Shown here: positions 57,317 through 64,000 of the stretch, piece after piece
Position numbering within the stretch: position 1 is the stretch's first letter
How the letters are laid out: the number at the start of each line of letters is the position of its first letter
Origin: Minisyncoccota bacterium
Lineage (GTDB): Bacteria; Patescibacteriota; Minisyncoccia; Phycocordibacterales; UBA9973
Direction of reading: 5' to 3'
Length of the DNA: 64,000 nt
NCBI GenBank assembly: GCA_018061035.1
Contig: JAGOUX010000003.1
Span: forward strand, 3,043 to 67,042
Program-made: the position numbers and the translations under genes
Notes under the pieces: generated by a model
Databases searched by the model: none
What the model was told of the DNA's origin: nothing
The model's input: only the letters and a program-made list of their open reading frames with translations

Positions 57317-58375
57317 ATGGATTACAAAAAAGAACTAGAAGAATTAATACTGACAGTCATACGCCAAGGAGGCTCAGATCTGCACTTGGGTGTCGGAAGA
57401 GTTCCGGCTGTCCGTGTCTCAGGGGAACTGATTTCACTAGTGAAGCATTCTCTTTTATCAAAAGAAGATGTTTTGGGACTACTGTCTCAAATGCTCGAAG
57501 AGAAAAAGATAAATTTATTCATGGAAAATCAAGAGATAGATTTCTCTTATGATTTTCAGGGGCAAGCTAGACTTCGTGGTAATGCATTTTTTCAAAAGGG
57601 GTTGATTGGTGTTGTCCTGCGGTTGGTGCCAAAAGTTCAAAGTATCACCGAATTAAAGCTTCCAGCTATTATCGCTGATATAGCACGAAAGAAACAAGGA
57701 TTCTTTTTGGTTGTAGGACCAGTCGGTCAAGGAAAATCTACCACTCTATCTGCAATGGTGAATTTGATAAACAATGAACAAGCTCGAAATATTGTCACCA
57801 TCGAAGATCCAATTGAGCATGTTTATGAACCAAATAAGTCTATAATCAATCAACGTGAAGTGGGAATTGATACTAAAGATTTCCATACTGCATTAAAGAG
57901 TGTTTTCAGAGAAGATGTGAACGTCATCATGGTTGGAGAAATGCGTACACCTGAGACAATAGCGACTGCTGTGACTGCGGCAGAGACAGGCCATTTGGTG
58001 CTTTCGACTCTACATACCAACAATGCCTCCCAAACAATTGACCGTATTATTGACTCGTTTCCAGGAAATCAACAAGAACAAATTCGTTCACAGTTGGCAG
58101 CATCATTATTGGGAATTTTCTCGCAACGTTTAGTGCCGAGAATTTCTGGAGGTTTGGTGCCGGCTTATGAACTTCTCTTAAATAACAATGCTGTTGCGAA
58201 TTTGATACGAGAGAAGCGTACTCATGAGATAGATGTGGTTATTGAGACTGGAATGGAATCAGGCATGGTAGACTTAAACCATTCATTGCTTGAGCTCGTG
58301 CGAAGTGGTGAAATTACCATCGAGAATGCTTATCAGTTTTCTCTCAATCCCAAAGGACTTGAGAGAATGATGTAA
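57317..58375 (+). CDS. pilT: Twitching motility/retraction ATPase PilT
   Basis: Walker A GPVGQGKSTT and PilT-family His box. 352 aa. Confidence 0.88.
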   Translation: MDYKKELEELILTVIRQGGSDLHLGVGRVPAVRVSGELISLVKHSLLSKEDVLGLLSQMLEEKKINLFMENQEIDFSYDFQGQARLRGNAFFQKGLIGVVLRLVPKVQSITELKLPAIIADIARKKQGFFLVVGPVGQGKSTTLSAMVNLINNEQARNIVTIEDPIEHVYEPNKSIINQREVGIDTKDFHTALKSVFREDVNVIMVGEMRTPETIATAVTAAETGHLVLSTLHTNNASQTIDRIIDSFPGNQQEQIRSQLAASLLGIFSQRLVPRISGGLVPAYELLLNNNAVANLIREKRTHEIDVVIETGMESGMVDLNHSLLELVRSGEITIENAYQFSLNPKGLERMM

Positions 58376-58378
58376 TAT

Positions 58379-59587
58379 ATGCTATTTAAATACAAAGCAT
58401 TAGATAATACAGGTTCCAATAAAGAAGGAGAAATCGATGCGCCTTCTCGTGATTTGGCTATTAGCGCATTGCAAAGAAGGTCTTTGGTGGTTATATCTCT
58501 AAAAGATGAAGGTGAAAAGAAATCAATTCTGGAAATTTCATTTTTTGAACGTGTTTCATCTAAAGATATTGTGATTTTGTCTAGACAAATTGCTACCTTA
58601 TTCGAAGCCCAGGTGTCAGCATTGAAGGCTTTTACAATGCTTTCTTCAAACACAGAAAATAAGCTCCTTGGACGTAAGCTCAATCAAATTAGTGACGACT
58701 TGCAAGCTGGTGTTTCTATTTCAGGCTCACTAGCTCGTCATCCTGATGTATTTTCAGATTTTTATGTGAACATGGTCAAAGTAGGTGAGGAGACTGGAAA
58801 ATTAAATCAAACATTTCTTCATCTTGCTGAATATTTGGATAGACAGTATTCTCTGACTTCTAAGACGCGCAATGCCTTAATTTATCCGGCATTCGTTATC
58901 CTTACATTTATAATTGTGATGAGTTTGATGTTTGTTATTGTTATTCCTAAACTTTCAGCTATCATACTCGACTCTGGTCAGGAAGTACCAATGTACACAA
59001 AGGTGGTCATAGCTATTTCTGATATTTTCGTACATTATGGATTTTTTGTTCTGATATTCGTTGTCTTGTTGGGAGCTTGGCTTTGGAGATTGTCTACTAC
59101 GGCTTCTGGTAAAGAATATTTGGATAGAATAAAACTCACATTTCCAGCTGTCGGAAATTTGTTCCGCAAACTATATTTGTCTCGTATAGCTGACAATATG
59201 GATACTATGCTTTCTTCAGGTGTGCCTATTGTCCGATCTATCGATATTACTTCAGACGTTGTTGGTAGTCATGTTTATAAAAAATTACTTGGTGAAGTTG
59301 CCGATGGAGTAAAATCAGGTCTCGCTTTGTCTGCAGCTTTCGAGCGTCACACGGCATACATACCAGGAATAATGATTCAGATGGTCAAAGTAGGCGAGGA
59401 GACTGGATCCCTAGGGGCGATATTGAAAACTCTGACTGATTTCTATAAAAGAGAAGTCGATGATGCTGTAGATACTTTAGTTGGCTTGATCGAGCCTGTC
59501 ATGATTGTCGTCTTGGGTCTGGGAGTAGGTGTTCTTCTTGTTTCAGTGCTTATGCCTATTTATAACCTCGCAGGAGGAATAAACTAA
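58379..59587 (+). CDS. pilC: Type IV pilus inner-membrane platform protein PilC (GspF family)
   Basis: 402 aa with two GspF repeats and 3 TM helices. Confidence 0.88.
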   Translation: MLFKYKALDNTGSNKEGEIDAPSRDLAISALQRRSLVVISLKDEGEKKSILEISFFERVSSKDIVILSRQIATLFEAQVSALKAFTMLSSNTENKLLGRKLNQISDDLQAGVSISGSLARHPDVFSDFYVNMVKVGEETGKLNQTFLHLAEYLDRQYSLTSKTRNALIYPAFVILTFIIVMSLMFVIVIPKLSAIILDSGQEVPMYTKVVIAISDIFVHYGFFVLIFVVLLGAWLWRLSTTASGKEYLDRIKLTFPAVGNLFRKLYLSRIADNMDTMLSSGVPIVRSIDITSDVVGSHVYKKLLGEVADGVKSGLALSAAFERHTAYIPGIMIQMVKVGEETGSLGAILKTLTDFYKREVDDAVDTLVGLIEPVMIVVLGLGVGVLLVSVLMPIYNLAGGIN

Positions 59588-59747
59588 GAAAATGTAGGTA
59601 AATGGGTACATTTCCACATGTCATGGGGATAAACTTTTGCAATTCTAAGATTCTAGGTATGTTATAATGTATATATTAAAAATTAGTCGATAGGTCTGTC
59701 CTGGTGCAATGACCAGCAGATGAATTATAAATTAACAGTAAACGAAA

Positions 59748-60167
59748 TTGATTATGAAAATGAATTTAAAGAAAGGTTTCACATTGATAGAACTCTTGGT
59801 GGTAGTCGCTATTATCGGTATTTTGGCTTCTGTGGTGCTCGCTTCACTCAATACAGCTCGAACCAGAGGTGCTGACGCCGCAATCAAAGCCAACTTGGTG
59901 AGTGTAAGAGGTCAGGCTGAGATTGTTTATGATGGTGTATCTCCAAACTCATATGCTACTGTTTGCGACAATGCTACTGTCGTGGCTGCTTTGGCTGCTG
60001 CAACTAGTGCAAGTGGTACAACAGCAGTATGTAATGATGCTGCCGATGCTTGGGCTGCTTCAGTTGCTATCAAATCAGATCCTACTAAGTATTGGTGCGT
60101 AGATTCACTCGGTACCTCTCGTCAGGCTTCTTCCGCATTAGGTTCAGCTACTGTCTGTCCAGCTTAA
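59748..60167 (+). CDS. Type IV pilin (likely major pilin)
   Basis: KKGFTLIELLVVVAIIGILASVVLASL prepilin signal. C-terminal Cys pair. Lies within the T4P locus. Confidence 0.88.
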   Translation: MIMKMNLKKGFTLIELLVVVAIIGILASVVLASLNTARTRGADAAIKANLVSVRGQAEIVYDGVSPNSYATVCDNATVVAALAAATSASGTTAVCNDAADAWAASVAIKSDPTKYWCVDSLGTSRQASSALGSATVCPA

Positions 60168-60190
60168 TAGTATTTAATATTTTATAATAC

Positions 60191-60220
60191 TAGCAAAAAA
60201 CCACTATTCTTAGTGGTTTT
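60191..60220 (+). terminator. Strong terminator after the major pilin gene
   Basis: AAAAACCACTA/TAGTGGTTTTT stem, then a T-run. Confidence 0.7.
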
Positions 60221-60287
60221 TTGCTACTTATTTGGTATAATTTAGCTATTGGTTAGCGGAGACGCTTTCTATTTATGTAATAAATAT

Positions 60288-61073
60288 ATGCTACCATTCA
60301 TTTTCTTATTTTTTATTTTCGGTCTAATTATTGGTAGTTTTTTGAACGTAGTAGTATCTCGTTATAATACCAAACGTACTCTTGCAGGGAGAAGTGCCTG
60401 TATGTCTTGCGCCACTCAATTGAGATGGTATGAGCTTGTGCCTTTGTTTTCGTATTTTGCACTAAGAGGCCGATGTCGCACATGTAGCACTCGGATATCG
60501 ATGCACTATCCTTTTGTGGAATTAACTACTGGGCTAATTTTTGTTGGGATTTTCTGTAAATTCCAGAATATTTTTCTTTTCAATCTTCCTGTTTTTGCAG
60601 TCACTTTTGCATTTTACGCTATTGTCTTTTCGATATTGATAGTAATTGCAAGCTATGACATTAAACACAAAATAATTCCTGACATGTTGGCATTTTTGTT
60701 TGGATTATTTGCTTTTTTCGGACTCTTTCTTTTCCAGGAAGGTAGTTTGGCTCTTCATCTGCCTGGAATCTGGGATGTACTTATGGGTATAGTAGTAGCT
60801 CTACCTTTTGCAATTTTTTGGCTAGTTTCCAGGGGAGCATGGATGGGTTTAGGAGATGCAAAATTAACTATAGGATTAGCTTGGTTGTTGGGATTGTCTC
60901 AAGTTCTTTCGGGTATAGTGTTGGCATTTTGGTCGGGGGCGATAATTGGTGTTTTGCTAATATTCTTTACCAAGAAGCATGGCATGAAAAGTGAGATACC
61001 TTTCGCACCATTTTTAGTCTTAGGTGCGATATTGGCATTTCTTTTTGAAATTCATATTTTTGCCATGGTGTAG
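60288..61073 (+). CDS. pilD: Prepilin peptidase PilD (A24 family)
   Basis: Zinc-binding CxxC...CxxC (CMSCATQL...CRTCSTRI), 8 TM helices, catalytic Asp residues. I chose the ATG at 60288. Confidence 0.85.
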   Translation: MLPFIFLFFIFGLIIGSFLNVVVSRYNTKRTLAGRSACMSCATQLRWYELVPLFSYFALRGRCRTCSTRISMHYPFVELTTGLIFVGIFCKFQNIFLFNLPVFAVTFAFYAIVFSILIVIASYDIKHKIIPDMLAFLFGLFAFFGLFLFQEGSLALHLPGIWDVLMGIVVALPFAIFWLVSRGAWMGLGDAKLTIGLAWLLGLSQVLSGIVLAFWSGAIIGVLLIFFTKKHGMKSEIPFAPFLVLGAILAFLFEIHIFAMV

Positions 61074-61085
61074 GATTTCGATCAC

Positions 61086-61697
61086 ATGCATATGATTAAA
61101 AAATACATTTCACAAATTAAGAAGAATCAAGGCATGACCTATGTCGAACTTATTGTTGTTCTCAGTATTTTTTCTGTGATGTCGAGTATTGTCATATTTA
61201 ATTATGGAGAATTTCAAGCAAAAGTAGATATGAAAAACTTGGCAAATGATGTAGCGCTCAAGATTGTCGAAGCACAAAAATCAGCATTATCAGGAATATT
61301 GCCTTCGGTCGCACCTTACATAACTCCTTGGAAACCATCATATGGATTATATTTCAATCTTAATAATGACAATAAAAGCTTTATTTATTTTACAGATTTA
61401 AATAACAATAATATTTTTGATACGGGAGATTGTAGTGGGGAGTGTCTTAGTAAGTTTTCGATCACCAAAGAACATTATATTTCTCGAATAGATAGTTATA
61501 CCGGATCAGTGGCGACCAATATCGCTATTTTTCCATTTACAATAGTTTTCAAGAGGCCAGATTCTAGTGCGATTTTTGGAGATCCTAATGGTGTATCGTT
61601 ATCAGGATTTGATTACATACAGCTAACCCTCAAATCACCAAGAAATGATTCAGCACAAGTTAAAATTTATCCTTCTGGTAGAATTCAAATAAATTAG
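61086..61697 (+). CDS. Minor pilin / pseudopilin-like protein
   Basis: Prepilin-type N-terminus QGMTYVELIVVLSIFSVM (G|MTYVE with Glu at +5). Confidence 0.7.
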   Translation: MHMIKKYISQIKKNQGMTYVELIVVLSIFSVMSSIVIFNYGEFQAKVDMKNLANDVALKIVEAQKSALSGILPSVAPYITPWKPSYGLYFNLNNDNKSFIYFTDLNNNNIFDTGDCSGECLSKFSITKEHYISRIDSYTGSVATNIAIFPFTIVFKRPDSSAIFGDPNGVSLSGFDYIQLTLKSPRNDSAQVKIYPSGRIQIN

Positions 61698-61722
61698 TTG
61701 GCCAATTCACAAAATATCCAAA

Positions 61723-62346
61723 ATGATAAAAAATAATATTTTAAAAATAAATACCAAACGTAATCAAGGTTATACTATCATCGAGACGATGATATCGGTG
61801 TCACTTTTCCTGGTGATTGTGACTTCAGGCATGAGTGCGTTGGTGAATGCGAATGTTTTACATAGGAAGAGTCAGGACATGCGCTCTATTATCGACAATC
61901 TGAGTTTTATCTTGGAAGATATGTCGAGAAATTTACGCACGGGGTACAATTATCAATGTTTTAGCAGTGGCCAGAGTTTAACCCCAGCTACTCTTGGTGT
62001 GGCTCGAGATTGTGCAGATGGTTGGGCTGTTGCCTTTGAATCATCTACAGGCGATAAGGATACTTATAATGATCAATGGAGCTATTATTTTAGTGGAGAT
62101 GATGAGAATAGTTTTGGTAGGATATATAAATCAATCGATGGTGCCAATACTTACACCAGACTTACTCCCGAAGAAGTAGATATTGATCAAATATCCGGAT
62201 TTGTCGTAAAAGGCGCTCCCGACAGTACTACTGATACTCTTCAGCCAATTATAAATATTAGAATAGTCGGAACTATTAATTATAGAAATATCTCCTCACC
62301 GTTTTCACTTCAAACTTCAGTTTCACAGAGGGTATTGGATTTTTAA
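61723..62346 (+). CDS. Minor pilin / pseudopilin-like protein
   Basis: QGYTIIETMISVSLFLVIV prepilin signal. Confidence 0.7.
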   Translation: MIKNNILKINTKRNQGYTIIETMISVSLFLVIVTSGMSALVNANVLHRKSQDMRSIIDNLSFILEDMSRNLRTGYNYQCFSSGQSLTPATLGVARDCADGWAVAFESSTGDKDTYNDQWSYYFSGDDENSFGRIYKSIDGANTYTRLTPEEVDIDQISGFVVKGAPDSTTDTLQPIINIRIVGTINYRNISSPFSLQTSVSQRVLDF

Positions 62347-62350
62347 TATT

Positions 62351-62908
62351 ATGAAAATTAACTTTTTTAAAAAACTTCATAGTACACAACAAGGATTCAC
62401 TCTAGTGGAAACATTGGTGGCAATATCTATTTTTACCTTATCGATTTTGTCACTGATGGTAATTCTCACAAAAAGTATTGCTGATACTAACTATGCTAAA
62501 AAGAAATTAGTTGCAGGATATTTAGCACAAGAGGGTATAGAATACATAAGAAATATGCGAGATACATATGTAGTTTCTTCTGCTACTGGTCAGATAGGCT
62601 GGGATGCATTTAATGCTCTTCTCGTCAGTTCGGCATGTAATACTGCTAGTGGATGTTATTTTAATGATGCATTTTCTGATTACTCCACCGCTGTTGTGGC
62701 ATGTAGTAATCAAGGTTGTCCTGAAATACTTTATGAGAGTGGGCAAGGTAGATATGGATATACAGGGTCTAACTCTGGGTATGTACGTAAAATAACTGCC
62801 ACGATATCGACTAATCAGACAAAAATTTTCTCTACTGTAACTTGGGTTCAAAATTCAGGCACATATTCTACCACTCTCGCTGAAACTGTTTTTAATTGGG
62901 CAGATTAA
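62351..62908 (+). CDS. Minor pilin / pseudopilin-like protein
   Basis: QGFTLVETLVAISIFTL prepilin signal. Confidence 0.7.
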   Translation: MKINFFKKLHSTQQGFTLVETLVAISIFTLSILSLMVILTKSIADTNYAKKKLVAGYLAQEGIEYIRNMRDTYVVSSATGQIGWDAFNALLVSSACNTASGCYFNDAFSDYSTAVVACSNQGCPEILYESGQGRYGYTGSNSGYVRKITATISTNQTKIFSTVTWVQNSGTYSTTLAETVFNWAD

Positions 62909-62912
62909 TATT

Positions 62913-63356
62913 ATGAAAATTAATTTTTTACAAAATAAAAGAAAAAATAAAGGATTCGTTATACTTTTTTCAGTGACTATTTCGAGTATTCTTTTAGCTA
63001 TTTCTCTTGGGGTTGCAAATATTGCTTTGAAGGAGTTGAAATTCGGTACATCGGTCAAAGAAAGTAATGATGCATTTTTTGCTGCGGATTCAGGTATGGA
63101 GCTGGCGCTATTTAACGATAAAGGATCTTCTTCCATCTATAGTGGCTCAGGTACTTGGGAATTTGTGGTGTCTGGTTTGGGTGGTGGAGGGGCTGGTTGT
63201 GCAAAAGTTTCTATCGTCAAGACATTAACGCCAAACGAAACAACTATAATCTCTAAAGGCTACAACAGTGGTGGGGCAACTCCTGGTTCATGTAATCCAA
63301 GCATTTTAAGCACAGAAAGAGAGCTTCGCGTCTTATACGACAATTTAGCTATATAG
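62913..63356 (+). CDS. Minor pilin-like protein (PilX-like; no Glu at +5)
   Basis: KGFVILFSVTISSILLAISLGVA N-terminal hydrophobic segment. Gly-rich middle region. Confidence 0.55.
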   Translation: MKINFLQNKRKNKGFVILFSVTISSILLAISLGVANIALKELKFGTSVKESNDAFFAADSGMELALFNDKGSSSIYSGSGTWEFVVSGLGGGGAGCAKVSIVKTLTPNETTIISKGYNSGGATPGSCNPSILSTERELRVLYDNLAI

Positions 63357-63410
63357 AGACAAATAATAGCGATTGTGAAATACTTCATTCCGTAATAATA
63401 TAGATATTAT

Positions 63411-64000
63411 ATGGAAAAAACTGCTGCGCAAAAAAGAATAACGAAATTGCGAGCTGAGATAGCTAGATTGCGTAATGCATATCATGTCGACAATGCCCCA
63501 GAGGTAACAGACGACATTTATGATTCACTACAAAAAGAGCTCGGAATGCTCTTGGCTAAATTTCCTGAATTTAAAGACCCCAACGCTATGGAGAATAGAG
63601 TGGCTGGACGAGCCTTGGATAAATTCGTAAAAGTAGAGCACCAAAATAGAATGTTGTCTTTGAATGATGTATTTAGTTTCGAGGAACTTGCAGATTGGGA
63701 AAAACGCATAGATAAGCTCCTTGGGGGAAATAAGCAATTTAATTATTTCTGTGAAGTTAAATTTGATGGCCTTGCTGTATCGTTGATATATAAAGATGGA
63801 AAATTTGTTCAAGGTGCCACAAGGGGAGACGGATTTGTGGGGGAAGATATTACTCAAAACCTCAAGACAATAAATACTATTCCGTTAAATTTGGATAAAC
63901 CATTTCCTTCGTATATCGAAGTTAGAGGCGAGGTAGTCATGTCTAAAAAAACCTTAATTAAATTAAACGAACAAAACAAAAAAATTGGTAAGGTACTTTT
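63411..64000 (+). CDS. ligA: NAD-dependent DNA ligase LigA, N-terminal part (3' end outside the window)
   Basis: Adenylation motif CEVKFDGLAVSL (KxDG). Reading frame open to the window end. Not in the ORF track because it lacks a stop codon. Confidence 0.85.
   Translation, partial: MEKTAAQKRITKLRAEIARLRNAYHVDNAPEVTDDIYDSLQKELGMLLAKFPEFKDPNAMENRVAGRALDKFVKVEHQNRMLSLNDVFSFEELADWEKRIDKLLGGNKQFNYFCEVKFDGLAVSLIYKDGKFVQGATRGDGFVGEDITQNLKTINTIPLNLDKPFPSYIEVRGEVVMSKKTLIKLNEQNKKIGKVL

Noticed and set aside
1-64000. CRISPR arrays, IS elements/transposases, rRNA genes
   Set aside because: I saw no regularly spaced direct repeats, no transposase-like ORFs or terminal inverted repeats of IS type, and no rRNA signatures.

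Overview
This window reads as a low-GC, compact, almost entirely plus-strand genome segment typical of a Candidate Phyla Radiation (Patescibacteria) bacterium. Content in order: the ribosomal str/S10/spc superoperon (rpsG, fusA, tuf, rpsJ to rplE, then rpsN to rplO and secY; no L30; Z-type S14; short L15 and L24); a nucleotide-kinase cluster (two adk-like genes, archaeal-type pyrH, map, ndk); smpB next to a tmRNA; rplT-rpmI-infC; ftsH; a tRNA with apparent UAU anticodon flanked by partial tRNA duplications; a B12 module (S-component-like transporter, class II RNR nrdJ, cobA); recG; malic enzyme; two tRNAs; a DHQS-like/cupin/ATP-grasp trio; comFC; a complete type IV pilus locus (pilMNO, pilB, receiver, pilT, pilC, pilin, pilD, four minor pilins); and the start of ligA. 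Three things stand out. (1) A terminator- and promoter-flanked insertion inside the spc operon, between rplE and rpsN, carries a secreted peptidoglycan-binding protein and four tandem pilin paralogs with near-identical 5' DNA cassettes. (2) A GC-rich, hairpin-rich ~300 bp element sits between rplB and rpsS. (3) A module of a soluble T4CP/HerA-like ATPase with a novel 500-aa N-terminal domain, a CYTH enzyme, a beta-CASP MBL nuclease and a LOG/SLOG protein shares an 18-bp palindromic operator and a conserved 14-mer. I also see a 6S-like structured RNA candidate.
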